Assembly: GCA_049718765.1 (NCBI GenBank)
Contig: JBNARI010000005.1
Coordinates: 3,999-67,998 of the forward strand
Direction: 5' to 3'
DNA: 64,000 bases
From: Bacillota bacterium
Lineage (GTDB): Bacteria > Bacillota > Sulfobacillia > DUMF01
The notes beneath the pieces are model-generated. The model worked only from the letters and a program-made list of their open reading frames with translations. It had not been told where the DNA came from and did no database searches. Shown here piece by piece: positions 10,122 through 20,006 of this stretch. Both the position numbers and the translations under genes were made by a program. Within the stretch, counting starts at the first letter, position 1. Each line of letters begins with the position of its first letter.

Positions 10122-10276
10122 GCGCTGTTACCTCCTGGTCTTTCGATTTACGTCACCCCATCAGGGATGAGGAATAAACCGCAATTAAGATGTTAGGACG
10201 CGTTGAAAAGTCCGTCAAGGCGTATACACCGCCAAGGCAACAGGGTACCCACTGAGTAGGCCACTCACGTAGCGGA

Positions 10277-10786
10277 CTAGACAAGACCAGCAAGGCGTTG
10301 GACCAGCTTCTTTAACCCTGAACCGCTGGCAGCTACAATCGGCACGACGGAACTTGTGCCAACTATCTTGCAAAGGCTCTTGAATCCCGTGGCTGCACCT
10401 GGAAGGTCCATCTTGTTGCATGCCACAAGGTAACGCTTGTGCAACGACGCATACCTGTACAGCAGCAGGTCTATCCCAGATTCTGTCCCGTTGAATCCCC
10501 TCTCCACTGACACCGCGCTTACCACATGCAGCACTAACCCAGCGGAAGCTAGGGCTTGGAGCGCCTGGGCAAGCTGGGACCTCTTGGTTGGATCGGAAGG
10601 TATCCATGGTACTAGACCTATAGTATCGACCAAGCTGAATTGCGTAACCCCTCTTCTCCCCCGGGCAACGCTCAGCTCGCACCTTTCAATTCCCCCAGGC
10701 ACTCTCTTCCCGTACATGGCGCAAAGCTTGACGAAAAGAGTGGTTTTCCCCACCCTAGGTCGGCCCACGATCACGCATTCCGTCAC
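10277..10786 (-). CDS. Small GTP-binding protein (EutP/PduV- or YihA-like P-loop GTPase); start approximate
   Basis: G1 GRPRVGKTT, G3 DTIG and G4 NKMD motifs. The track ORF extends into spoVK, so the start was moved to a GTG near the spoVK stop. Confidence 0.55.
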   Translation of the reverse strand: MTECVIVGRPRVGKTTLFVKLCAMYGKRVPGGIERCELSVARGRRGVTQFSLVDTIGLVPWIPSDPTKRSQLAQALQALASAGLVLHVVSAVSVERGFNGTESGIDLLLYRYASLHKRYLVACNKMDLPGAATGFKSLCKIVGTSSVVPIVAASGSGLKKLVQRLAGLV

Positions 10787-11700
10787 AAGCGCTCTACCTC
10801 CGCAACGGCGATGGTCATCAGTTCTTCTGGAGTGCAGTTCCCGCACTCCACAAGTCTCACCGCCTGATACCTAATTGCCCTTTCAACCATGTTGCGCACG
10901 GTCCTGGCGTTACCAGGAATAACCTCTGTGACGAGCTTCTGCTTTATCTTCTTTAGGAAAGCTTGGCGCGCTTCCGGGGTCATACGGTATTGCCTCGTGG
11001 CAAACATGATCTCAGCTATTTCCAGCAGCTCCTCTGCGGTGTAGTCTGGAAAGTCCAGCTGAATGGGAAACCTGGAGCGGAGACCGGGATTGCATGTTAG
11101 GAACTTGGCCATTTCCTCTTTATATCCTGCAAGAATCAACACTAGCTCGTCCCGGTGGTCCTCCATGGACTTCACGAGCACGTCTATGCATTCCCGGCCA
11201 AAGTCCTTCTCTCCGCCCCTTGCGAGAGAGTACGCCTCATCTATGAAAAGCACTCCGCCCAGCGCTCGATGCACCTGCTCCCTGGTTTTCTGGGCAGTGT
11301 GGCCAATGTATTCTCCAACCAAATCGGCACGTTCCACTTCAACGACGTGCCCCTTCTTCAGTATTCCCAGCTCCTTGAACATTCGACCAAGTACCCTGGC
11401 AACTGTGGTCTTCCCAGTGCCTGGATTCCCAGAGAATATCATGTGGAGGGACATTGGCTGACAAGTTAGGCCAAACCTGGCCCGACGACGCTGCACTTCT
11501 ATGTACGCGTAGAGCTCCGCCACGAGCTCCTTTATTTCCTTCAGCCCCACCAGCTGATTTAGTTCCTGGAGACATTGGCTGATGGGTGGCACTTTCTCCC
11601 CCATGGTAGCGCTTTCTGCTCCAAGGAGCTGTAATGCTCGGGCGGGAGAAATGGCCCCCTGTGCCACCTGTGCCAGGATCTCGGGCGTAGACTGGCGCAT
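10783..11700 (-). CDS. spoVK: Stage V sporulation protein K (SpoVK-type AAA+ ATPase)
   Basis: Near-identical motifs to B. subtilis SpoVK (GNPGTGKTTVAR, RADLVGEYIGHTAQKTRE, GGVLFIDEAYSLARGGEKDFG, NPGLRSRFPI). The start was placed at MRQSTPE, which has a GGGGGA RBS. Confidence 0.85.
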   Translation of the reverse strand: MRQSTPEILAQVAQGAISPARALQLLGAESATMGEKVPPISQCLQELNQLVGLKEIKELVAELYAYIEVQRRRARFGLTCQPMSLHMIFSGNPGTGKTTVARVLGRMFKELGILKKGHVVEVERADLVGEYIGHTAQKTREQVHRALGGVLFIDEAYSLARGGEKDFGRECIDVLVKSMEDHRDELVLILAGYKEEMAKFLTCNPGLRSRFPIQLDFPDYTAEELLEIAEIMFATRQYRMTPEARQAFLKKIKQKLVTEVIPGNARTVRNMVERAIRYQAVRLVECGNCTPEELMTIAVAEVERL

Positions 11701-11850
11701 TGGGCGTCCCCCAGTTCCCCCATTGTACGCAGGGAGGAGGTTGCCTGTGACTTTGGAGCCATGGGCGGGAGGCACCAGCAGGATTCTGGCATTTTGTATA
11801 GAACGGCATTCATTGGAGTGCAACAGTGCGCGGCGCGGGGTGAGTGGGAA

Positions 11851-12624
11851 TTGAAGGAACTCGGTGAGATTTTAAGAAGAGCCAGGGAAGCAAAGGGCAT
11901 TTCCCTGCAGCAGGCGGAACAAGACACCAGGATCCGTAAGCTCCACCTGTGCAACATTGAAAAGGGAGAACCCACCCCAGGCCTTGACCCATCCTACTTC
12001 AGGCTGTTCGTTAAGACTTACGCAGATTACCTGGGGCTGGAAGGCTCAAGGCTGCTAATTCAATACCTGGGCTCAGCCCCTTGTACCGACACGGCGCCTG
12101 TAGCTGCCATGCAACCCCAAGTGGTACGCCAGCCCCTGGTGAGACGCCCAAGAGGGTCACGATTGTGGAGTGCTGCCCTTGTTGTGCTGGTAGTCTTGAC
12201 GTGCTGTGCAGTGGTGCTGCAGCTCACCCGCCCTCGCCAGGCGGTGGCCCCGCAACAAGCGCCACCAGAACCCGCACCGGCTAGCCCTCCAATTTCACCC
12301 ATAAGCCAGCCCCAAGTACGCCTTGTGGAGAAAACTGGGGTAACCAGCGTGTATGAGGTGGAAGCCGAGCCAATACAAGTTGAAATTGCAATTAGCAGTG
12401 ATCTTCCAGAAGACAAAGAATGCTGGATTAGCTTGACCGCTGATGGAAAAGAAATGTACCAGGGCATCCTGTCAGTGGGCAGCTCGCTCCAAGCAACTGC
12501 CACCAAGGAAGTGAGGGTGAGGTCAGGCAAACCGTGGATGACTGCGCTCAGCGTGAACGGAGTTGAGGTTGGGCGCATGGGTGAGCTGGGACCACCCAGG
12601 AACGTGGTGGTGCGCGCCAAGTGA
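11851..12624 (+). CDS. rodZ: RodZ-like cytoskeleton protein (XRE HTH, TM segment, Pro/Ala-rich linker, C-terminal DUF4115)
   Basis: HTH region LGEILRRAREAKGISLQQAEQDTRIRKLHLCNIEKGE, one TM helix (LWSAALVVLVVLTCCAVVL), a PAPxPP linker and a beta-rich C-domain. A TTG start with RBS is proposed; the track ORF starts at 11761. Confidence 0.7.
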   Translation: MKELGEILRRAREAKGISLQQAEQDTRIRKLHLCNIEKGEPTPGLDPSYFRLFVKTYADYLGLEGSRLLIQYLGSAPCTDTAPVAAMQPQVVRQPLVRRPRGSRLWSAALVVLVVLTCCAVVLQLTRPRQAVAPQQAPPEPAPASPPISPISQPQVRLVEKTGVTSVYEVEAEPIQVEIAISSDLPEDKECWISLTADGKEMYQGILSVGSSLQATATKEVRVRSGKPWMTALSVNGVEVGRMGELGPPRNVVVRAK

Positions 12625-12635
12625 TAGATGGCAAG

Positions 12636-13436
12636 TCACGAAGCGCACAGCAGCTTCACCGCTTCGAGCACGCCCAGGTAGTGGGGATTTCGAGCCACGT
12701 AACGGGCGCAAGCCTTTAGGGGTTCACAGGAGTTGGCAACCGCTACTCCGAACCCTGCGCTCGCCACCATTCCAACGTCGCCAAGCCCATCACCCACCGC
12801 GATTACCTCTTCCATGGGCACTTCCAGCACCTGAACCAGGTGATGCAGCCCATCCCTCTTGGACGCGCCCTTAGCCCGGATTTCCACCATGTGAGGGAGC
12901 ACCCGCTCCACTTCGGCAACATCGCTGTAACCCTGCATGAGCTGTTGGCTTAGAGCACCTATCACCTCAGGTTTGCCACGTACGGCGAGTACCCTGACTC
13001 CTTGATCCGCCACAATCAGCGGGCAAGTAACCTCGAACTCCATCCCCAAGGCAGAGCTGTACCTGTTGACGCTCTCAGAGGCACTGCTTGCAAATGCCTT
13101 CTGGTGAGTGAAGGCAACCACATCCACTTCAGCGGGAAGGCTAGCGATTACCTCGCGAATCACAACAGGACCCAGTGTTAAGTCGCGCCAGACGCGTCCT
13201 TGAGTATCGCAAATGGTTGCGCCACCTGCGCACACGAAAGGCGCAACGATTCCTAGAGCCTTGGCTACCCACAGGGTCGCAGGATAAGCCCTGCCCGTAG
13301 CCAAGGTTACTTCCAATCCGTTTGCACGAGCCAATGACACTGCTTGAAACGCCTCAGGCTCAATTCGGTGAGTTGGGCCTAGTAACGTGCCATCTATGTC
13401 GGCCACAAGCAGCCTGTACATTGCAGTTGCCTCCAA
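12636..13436 (-). CDS. Cof-type HAD-IIB phosphatase
   Basis: DIDGTL motif at the N-terminus and GDGxGD near the C-terminus (AVGDGLGD), typical of the Cof subfamily. Confidence 0.8.
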   Translation of the reverse strand: MEATAMYRLLVADIDGTLLGPTHRIEPEAFQAVSLARANGLEVTLATGRAYPATLWVAKALGIVAPFVCAGGATICDTQGRVWRDLTLGPVVIREVIASLPAEVDVVAFTHQKAFASSASESVNRYSSALGMEFEVTCPLIVADQGVRVLAVRGKPEVIGALSQQLMQGYSDVAEVERVLPHMVEIRAKGASKRDGLHHLVQVLEVPMEEVIAVGDGLGDVGMVASAGFGVAVANSCEPLKACARYVARNPHYLGVLEAVKLLCAS

Positions 13437-14363
13437 TCATCCCTTGTTGAACAGCCCTTCAACGCTAAGGTACCTTTCGCCTCCGTCAGGCAACATTACC
13501 AGCACGCGCCTACCCACGCCAAGCTCTTGGGCCACCTTAACCGCCGCAGCCAAGGCCGCTCCCGATGAAATGCCCGCGATAAGACCCTCAGTGATGGCAA
13601 GCTCCCTGCACGTGCAAAAGGCTTCTTCAGAAGTCACCGTGACGATTTGGTCCACCAGGGAAAGTTCAAGCACCTTGGGCACGAAGCCTGCGCCTATGCC
13701 CTGTATGCGATGAGGGCCTGGCTTACCTCCAGACAGTACGGACGATTCTGCAGGCTCCACTGCAACCACTTGTACCCGGGGCACCACTTGCTTCAGTACC
13801 CTAGCCACGCCGGTTATGGTACCACCGGTTCCCACACCAGCCACAAATGCGTCCAGTTCCCCCTGGGTTGCCCGAAGAATTTCCACTGCAGTGGTGCTTT
13901 CGTGGGCTTTGGGGTTGGCCGGGTTTTCAAACTGGAAGGGCATGAAGTATTCTGGGTGGCGCTCTTTGATCTCCAGGGCCTTTTCCACGGCCCCTCTCAT
14001 TCCAGAGGCGGCAGGCGTCAGCACGAGCTGTGCTCCGTACGCGCGCAGCAGCTGCCTTCTTTCCACACTCATGCTCTCGGGCATTGTGAGTACCAGGTGG
14101 TACCCCCGGGAGGCTGCTATCATCGCCAACGCAATGCCCGTATTGCCTGAGGTGGCTTCTATGATGGTCGCACCTTCCCTCAACAAGCCTTTCTCTTCTG
14201 CGTCCTTTATCATCCACAAGGCTGCCCTATCCTTCACGCTTCCTCCAGGGTTGAACCATTCTAGCTTTGCCATGATTTCGGCTCGCTCACCGGGTCTGAA
14301 GCGAGAAAGCCTGACCACGGGAGTATTGCCAATGAGCTTTGTCACATCAGCAGGGACAGTCAT
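13437..14363 (-). CDS. cysK: Cysteine synthase A (O-acetylserine sulfhydrylase)
   Basis: PLP-binding Lys motif (NPGGSVKDR) and the GTGGT loop, 308 aa, immediately downstream of cysE. Confidence 0.9.
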   Translation of the reverse strand: MTVPADVTKLIGNTPVVRLSRFRPGERAEIMAKLEWFNPGGSVKDRAALWMIKDAEEKGLLREGATIIEATSGNTGIALAMIAASRGYHLVLTMPESMSVERRQLLRAYGAQLVLTPAASGMRGAVEKALEIKERHPEYFMPFQFENPANPKAHESTTAVEILRATQGELDAFVAGVGTGGTITGVARVLKQVVPRVQVVAVEPAESSVLSGGKPGPHRIQGIGAGFVPKVLELSLVDQIVTVTSEEAFCTCRELAITEGLIAGISSGAALAAAVKVAQELGVGRRVLVMLPDGGERYLSVEGLFNKG

Positions 14364-15037
14364 GCCTTTTCTCCTTCCTTAAGCCACACCAGTTCCAGTT
14401 GGCTTTTTAGCTCGTTCAGCTCGCGCTCCAAGGCAGCCAGCCTTGCGCTGAGCGAATCGATGGCTTTTCCCACGGGGTCGGGGAGCACATCGTGGCGCAA
14501 GTCCACCTCATCTACCCTCACGCCCTCCCTCTTCACAATCCTGCCAGGTACACCAACAACCGTGGAGTATGGTGGCACTTCCCTCAATACAACAGCACCT
14601 GCGCCTACCTTAGAGTACCTGCCAACTTTAAAGGATCCTAATACCTTTGCTCCAGCAGCAAGCACAACTCCTTCTTCTACAGTGGGATGTCGTTTCCCTT
14701 TCTCCTTACCGGTCCCCCCCAAGGTAACCCCCTGATAGATAGTGACGTTGTCGCCCACTTCAGCAGTTTCTCCAATCACCACACCCATGCCATGGTCTAT
14801 GAAAACGCCCTTTCCAATCTTTGCTCCTGGGTGGATTTCTACGCCAGATATGAAGCGACCAAACTGCGAAACCATTCGCGCGAGCAAGAAGAGCTTCCTG
14901 TTGTATAGCCAGTGGGCTAACCTGTGAATTATTAGCGCATGGACCCCTGGGTAACACAACAGCACCTCAATGGCACTCTTGGCAGCTGGATCCCGCTCAA
15001 TGGCCGCTTTTATGTATGACCTTGTGTACTCAAACAT
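14360..15037 (-). CDS. cysE: Serine O-acetyltransferase
   Basis: Hexapeptide-repeat left-handed beta-helix ([31 protein letters not shown]) and the SAT N-terminal domain. The start was taken at MFEYTRSY; the track ORF is extended. Confidence 0.85.
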   Translation of the reverse strand: MFEYTRSYIKAAIERDPAAKSAIEVLLCYPGVHALIIHRLAHWLYNRKLFLLARMVSQFGRFISGVEIHPGAKIGKGVFIDHGMGVVIGETAEVGDNVTIYQGVTLGGTGKEKGKRHPTVEEGVVLAAGAKVLGSFKVGRYSKVGAGAVVLREVPPYSTVVGVPGRIVKREGVRVDEVDLRHDVLPDPVGKAIDSLSARLAALERELNELKSQLELVWLKEGEKA

Positions 15038-15376
15038 AGGCCCTGTCTCCCCCAGTGCGCGGTATCTTTGTTGAGAGTGCACTAAATAAGAAGCGCCGCC
15101 TCGTCACAGAGACGGCGCCGCCGTGGTCCCACTCTGCTTCGGAAGAGCGCAAGCATGGACCTGCCCTTCCCTCTTCCCTAATAACTACACGCTGTAACGG
15201 GCGCTCCCGTGAAAACCTACTCCCAGCGGTTTCGGCCTCAAGCTCAAAGGCGCACCCCAGCACCAATCACCCAGGCACACTCCCACCTGTTCTGTGCCCT
15301 CTCTTGGAGCGACCGAAGGTGTGGGCTTCCCCGTCATCGCCTTCGCACCCAGGTTGCTTCCCAGGATACCACCTTT
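15038..15376 (-). ncRNA. Putative T-box leader with factor-independent terminator upstream of cysE-cysK
   Basis: On the minus-strand RNA, AGAGUGGGACCACGGCGG resembles the T-box antiterminator (consensus GGGUGGNACCGCGG). It overlaps the 5' arm of a 10-bp GC-rich hairpin (GCGCCGUCUC/GAGGCGGCGC, 15093..15118) followed by UUCUUAUUU. An AGAGAG motif and UGC triplets occur upstream. The leader fills the entire 340-nt gap. Confidence 0.45.
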
Positions 15377-16060
15377 TCATGGCTTCGTCAACCGTTTGAC
15401 GTTCTCGTCTGCGAGGAAGTCCCGCAAGAAGCTATCCACATGGGCGTGCACTGCAGCTTCAGCTTTGTGTCCGTCGCCCATCTGAATCAACCTGAATATC
15501 TCCCAGTGCTCAGCCAAACTCCTCTGTAACCTCCCGGGTATCCCAAAGAGCAAGTTGTAAAATCTCTCCTCGTGGTCGCTCAGGTTGCCTAGAATTGCCT
15601 CAAGCCGTCTGTTTCGTACAGCATGAACCAGAGCCCTGTGAAACTGTTTGCCGAGCTCTCTGCACTGGGCTTCTTTCGACTGTGCTAGTGCCTCTTCCGC
15701 CTGCCTAAGCAACTGTTCCAGCGCTTGAAGGTCATCCTGGGACATGCTTTGGGCAGCTACTCGTGCAGCAAAGCCCTCCAGCACACCCCTGAGCTGGTAT
15801 ACTTCGCGAACGTCTTCCCTGGAAATCGGAGCAACGTAAAACCCCTTATATGGGTAGAAAACCACAAGCCCCTCCTTTTCCAATCTCCTAAGGGCGTCCC
15901 TCACAGGTGTCTTGGAAACACCAAGTTGCTGGGCAATGGCAGTCTCCACCAGGGGCTGCTCTGGAGAAAGGGAAAGGCTAAGGATGGCTTTTTTTATCCG
16001 TTGGTACGCCTGGTCCGTCAGCAACTGAGCACCAGGGAGCGGATCCAAAGACCCCAACAA
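15377..16060 (-). CDS. GntR-family transcriptional regulator with FCD (FadR C-terminal) domain
   Basis: N-terminal wHTH (LVETAIAQQLGVSKTPVRDALRRLEKEGLV) and a C-terminal helical FCD domain. Confidence 0.8.
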   Translation of the reverse strand: MLGSLDPLPGAQLLTDQAYQRIKKAILSLSLSPEQPLVETAIAQQLGVSKTPVRDALRRLEKEGLVVFYPYKGFYVAPISREDVREVYQLRGVLEGFAARVAAQSMSQDDLQALEQLLRQAEEALAQSKEAQCRELGKQFHRALVHAVRNRRLEAILGNLSDHEERFYNLLFGIPGRLQRSLAEHWEIFRLIQMGDGHKAEAAVHAHVDSFLRDFLADENVKRLTKP

Positions 16061-16070
16061 TCAGAACACC

Positions 16071-17663
16071 TCACCTAAGCCTGTATGCGCTCGGGTCCAC
16101 AATTGCTTGCACCAAAGTGAGTTGCCTGTGTTCAAGCCACTGGGCAACTGCGCTTTCAACTTGCTGGGGCGTTTCAGCCACCATGCCCTTGGCACCGAGA
16201 CCTTCTGCCACCTTTGAAAGGTCAACCCCTTTTAAGGATACTCCGTAATGGGGCAATCCCCTTCTTTCTTGGCTCATGGCAATAAGGCTCAAGCAGCCGT
16301 CGCACATCACCACGACTAACAAGCCCAGCCCAAGCCTGGCCGCCGTCTCCAGTTCACCCACGTACATGCCGAAGCCGCCATCGCCAATTACTGCCACCAC
16401 GTGGCGGTCTGGATAGACGAGTTGAGCTGCCATGGCGGCTGGCAGGCCGTAGCCCATAGAGGAAAGACCGTTCGACACTAGGAAGCTGTTGGGCAAATAG
16501 GTGGTCCACAGCTGTCCCATGAGGAACTTGTGGGCCCCCACATCGCAGCTCGCAATTGTGTCTTTTGGGGCCATCCTACGTACCACATCTACAACTTCCC
16601 AAGGAGCCATGCCCTGAGCTTTGCGCCTTACCAGGCCACACAGCTGTTTGCTGTGCTCGGCAATGGACTCAATGGGCCACTTGGCCGCCGGGCCTACCGC
16701 TTCCCTCAAAGCGCCCAAAGTAAGACCAATGTGGCCTACTAACTCCTCCTCCGCGTGGTAGAACTCGTCAACGTTGGGCAAAGCATCTACGTGGACCACT
16801 GGCGCTCCAAAAGTCCACGGCTTGTCCAGTTCCACCACGTCCAGTCCGCAGCACACAATGCAGTCCGCCGATTCAATTAGCCTGAGCACCAGTTCGTCGC
16901 CCAACATTTCGAGCACACCTGCAAACAAAGGGTGGTCTTCCCCGATGATACCCTTGGCCTTAGGAGCTACCACCACTGGCGCCTGAATTTGCTCTGCAAA
17001 TCTAGCCAATTCCTTTCCGGCATTGGCCCTCAGCGCGCCGATTCCAGCTAGTACCACTGGGCGGTTGGACCGCCCGATCAGGTGCGCTGCCCTGGACACC
17101 GCTTCTGCAGGTGCACCACTCATGAGGTCCCTAGGTCGAACTCTCGAGCAGTGCGAAGGAGCCTTTGCCTCCGCCTTTGCCAAGTTGCTTGGGAGGCAAA
17201 GGTGCACAGGGCCAGGCCTCTCACACAACGCAGTCCTCACCGCTTTTAGGGCTATGTCTCCAGCGCTGGCTGGCTCCACGGTCACGCTCCACTTCACGAT
17301 GGGCCTGTAAAATGCGTTAAGGTCCATCACTTGGTGGGTGGCAATTGCTGCGCGGGTTATTGTAATCTGCCCAGTAATCGCGATTAGTGGATCTCTGTCC
17401 ATCCAAGCGTTGGCGATTCCAGTTGCCATGTTTGCTGCCCCAGGGCCCAGCGTGGAAACACACACTCCTGGAATCCCTGTGAGCTGTCCGGTAACCCCAG
17501 CCGCAAATGCGGCTGCATTCTCATGCCTGGTGAGGATGAACTGGATGCCTTCTTTCCTGGCTTCGTCCAGGAACTCCACCACTTCCCCTCCAGGGTAACC
17601 AAACATGTAGCGAACCCCTGCTGCCTTCAGCACCTGCGCAATGGTTGCTGCCACACTAGCCAC
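16071..17663 (-). CDS. Thiamine-pyrophosphate enzyme of the acetolactate synthase/benzoylformate decarboxylase superfamily (about 530 aa; specific substrate unknown)
   Basis: TPP-binding GDG-X24-27-NN-like motif (IGDGGFGMYVGELETAARLGLGLLVVVMCDG) and Pyr/PP domain architecture. Confidence 0.75.
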   Translation of the reverse strand: MASVAATIAQVLKAAGVRYMFGYPGGEVVEFLDEARKEGIQFILTRHENAAAFAAGVTGQLTGIPGVCVSTLGPGAANMATGIANAWMDRDPLIAITGQITITRAAIATHQVMDLNAFYRPIVKWSVTVEPASAGDIALKAVRTALCERPGPVHLCLPSNLAKAEAKAPSHCSRVRPRDLMSGAPAEAVSRAAHLIGRSNRPVVLAGIGALRANAGKELARFAEQIQAPVVVAPKAKGIIGEDHPLFAGVLEMLGDELVLRLIESADCIVCCGLDVVELDKPWTFGAPVVHVDALPNVDEFYHAEEELVGHIGLTLGALREAVGPAAKWPIESIAEHSKQLCGLVRRKAQGMAPWEVVDVVRRMAPKDTIASCDVGAHKFLMGQLWTTYLPNSFLVSNGLSSMGYGLPAAMAAQLVYPDRHVVAVIGDGGFGMYVGELETAARLGLGLLVVVMCDGCLSLIAMSQERRGLPHYGVSLKGVDLSKVAEGLGAKGMVAETPQQVESAVAQWLEHRQLTLVQAIVDPSAYRLR

Positions 17664-17677
17664 TCACTTCACCCTCC

Positions 17678-17989
17678 CTATTCGTTAAGGGGTTTGATTT
17701 CAAAAAGCACCGTTCCTCCCGACGTATGGGGTGGACCTGGGTCCACGCACTGCCAAAGCCTGCCATCAAGCCCCAGGTGGGCGTAGTCCACACCCATCCT
17801 CGCTGCAAATACCGCCGGGTAGAGGGAACAGAAAGCGTAACCACAGATCGGTCCCGACTCTTCCTTGGACACGTTGGCGCCTCGCAGCACAATCTTGTCC
17901 CCTACTCTTATGCCTGCCGCACAGTGCCCTCTAACCTCGCGAGCCACAATCTCCACGTCCCGCGCAATCTCCGCAACCTGTTTCACCAT
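17678..17989 (-). CDS. Small conserved protein, TIGR04076-like (about 100 aa)
   Basis: The pattern C..G..VGD.IVL....GPICGYA....YP.VFA...G........W.C.DPG.....GG.VLFEIK resembles TIGR04076-family proteins. It sits between the TPP enzyme and tctA. Confidence 0.4.
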   Translation of the reverse strand: MVKQVAEIARDVEIVAREVRGHCAAGIRVGDKIVLRGANVSKEESGPICGYAFCSLYPAVFAARMGVDYAHLGLDGRLWQCVDPGPPHTSGGTVLFEIKPLNE

Positions 17990-18001
17990 GCAATCCTCCC
18001 T

Positions 18002-19480
18002 TCACGCCTGGGATTCCCTTTGCCTCCTTGCCATGAACGCCGCTGTAACCACAGTCAGACAAAGCAAGGCCGCGCTTATTGGCCTGGTTACGAACACCGT
18101 CCATGAGCCCTGGGACAGTATGAGTGACTGGCGCACTGCGTTTTCAATCATTGGGCCCAAAATCAGCGCAAGCACGATTGGAACCACAGGAAACCCGTAC
18201 TTTTCCATGACGTACCCAAGCACCCCGAAGGCAATTGCAAACATCACCTGCAAGGTGGACCCGGACTCAGCGAACGCCCCTATCACGGAAAACACTGCCA
18301 CTATTGATACAAGGTACTCCTTGCGGATCGAAGCTATCAGCGTAATTGGCTTTATGAGCAGGAAACCTATGGCCAGCATGATAATGTTGGCGAGGATCAT
18401 CCCGGCAAAAATGGGGTAAACGACCTCAGGGTGCTCCTTGAACAACATTGGACCCGGCTGCAGCCCTTGCACTGTTAAAGCTCCAAGCAACACTGCAGTG
18501 ACAGCGTCCCCTGGGATTCCCAGGGTAAGCATGGGAATCATGGCACCTCCTGTGACCCCGTTGTTGGCTGCTTCTGGCGCGGCAACTCCTTCCAAGATCC
18601 CAGTGCCGAACAGCTCAGGGTTTTTGGAACTGCGGCGAGCTTCACCATAAGCCATGAACGCAGCAATGGTCCCGCCAGCACCAGGCAGGATTCCTACCCA
18701 CGTGCCGATCAGGCTGCTCTTCAGCCCAATCCGGACTATTCTCTTAATCTCGTCCCAATTGGGGAGAACGCTGCCAATGTTGCGCACTATTTCGCGCTGG
18801 GCGGGAGGAGTCTCCACCAATCTGAACACCTCAGCAATAGCGAAGAATCCTATGACTGCCGGCAAGAAGGGAATTCCTCCAGACAGCTCAAGGCTTCCAA
18901 AAGTGAAGCGAGGCACCGGAAGTATGGGGTCCATTCCAATTGTTGAAAGGAGTAACCCGAATACCGCAGAAACCGCGCCCTTTAAAAGCGACTTTCCGGA
19001 CACTGCAAACACTGCAGTCAAGCCAAACACGCCCACTGCAGCGTATTCCACCGGGGAAAACGCCAGGGCAAACCTGGCAAGGGGCGGAGAAAGGAACACC
19101 ATGATTGCAGCAGAAACAAGCCCGCCCAAAGTAGAAGCCAACAGCGCTGTGCCAATTGCCTTTCCAGCCTTGCCTTGTTTGGCCATGGGATATCCGTCCA
19201 GCACGGTGGCCGCTGCAGCAGGCGTCCCAGGTGCCCTGATTGTGATTGCGGTGATGGAACCACCGTACATGCCCCCGCAGTAAATGGCGATAAGCAATAA
19301 GAGGGCAGGTACTGGGTCCAGGTTCATGGTGAAAGGTATGAGCAGTGCAATGGCCAAAGTTGCGGTGAGCCCTGGCACGGCCCCGAAAACAATACCTATC
19401 ACGGACCCGAGCACCATGATCAGGAAGTTGGAAGGTCGAAACACAGCTTCCAAGGCCATTATCAATTGGTCAGGCAACAA
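18002..19480 (-). CDS. tctA: Tripartite tricarboxylate transporter large permease TctA
   Basis: 492 aa, polytopic membrane protein with TctA-family repeats. Confidence 0.85.
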   Translation of the reverse strand: MLPDQLIMALEAVFRPSNFLIMVLGSVIGIVFGAVPGLTATLAIALLIPFTMNLDPVPALLLLIAIYCGGMYGGSITAITIRAPGTPAAAATVLDGYPMAKQGKAGKAIGTALLASTLGGLVSAAIMVFLSPPLARFALAFSPVEYAAVGVFGLTAVFAVSGKSLLKGAVSAVFGLLLSTIGMDPILPVPRFTFGSLELSGGIPFLPAVIGFFAIAEVFRLVETPPAQREIVRNIGSVLPNWDEIKRIVRIGLKSSLIGTWVGILPGAGGTIAAFMAYGEARRSSKNPELFGTGILEGVAAPEAANNGVTGGAMIPMLTLGIPGDAVTAVLLGALTVQGLQPGPMLFKEHPEVVYPIFAGMILANIIMLAIGFLLIKPITLIASIRKEYLVSIVAVFSVIGAFAESGSTLQVMFAIAFGVLGYVMEKYGFPVVPIVLALILGPMIENAVRQSLILSQGSWTVFVTRPISAALLCLTVVTAAFMARRQRESQA

Positions 19481-19498
19481 GTTCTACCCCCTCCCGCG

Positions 19499-19978
19499 CT
19501 ACCTGAAAAGAACACCCGCAGGCAGCGACGCATGAAGCAAGTACGAGAATACCATGTAGACCACAACCATTATGAGGCAAGAGCTCAACGCTGCAGACTT
19601 TATGTTGGGTCGCTCCTGCGCCATTAGGGTGAGCGTGGCAGCATACAGGAACGTTGATAGCATGAAACCCAATAAATGAATGGTGTAGTAGTATACTACA
19701 GACAGCAGTACCACCTGCGGTACCGTTACTGCGCTGCGCCGGTTTCTCACACTGGCCTTTGGGGCATGTTCGGCCTTTGATGGGGCTCTCAAACTGAGCC
19801 CCATCAAGGCTGCTCCCAATAGAGCCAGGAGGCCTGCACAAACCCTAGGAAAGAAGCTGGGTCCTGCAAGTTTCACTTCAAACGCGGGCAGTCCCCCACT
19901 TGAAACCCAGAACAGCAGCGCTATTCCAATGGCCAACAGTCCTCCAATCGTGTCAGGATTCAGTGCGTTTCGCCTCAC
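19499..19978 (-). CDS. tctB: Tripartite tricarboxylate transporter small subunit TctB
   Basis: 159 aa with 4 TM helices, in the position between tctC and tctA. Confidence 0.7.
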   Translation of the reverse strand: MRRNALNPDTIGGLLAIGIALLFWVSSGGLPAFEVKLAGPSFFPRVCAGLLALLGAALMGLSLRAPSKAEHAPKASVRNRRSAVTVPQVVLLSVVYYYTIHLLGFMLSTFLYAATLTLMAQERPNIKSAALSSCLIMVVVYMVFSYLLHASLPAGVLFR

Positions 19979-20006
19979 GGTGGGAGCCCCTCTTTCACCA
20001 GAGCGG

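Noticed and set aside
10122-10276. Possible hairpin (tgagtagg/ccactca) downstream of the GTPase gene
   Set aside because: The stem is only 4 to 6 bp with mismatches and has no U-tract, so it was not called a terminator.
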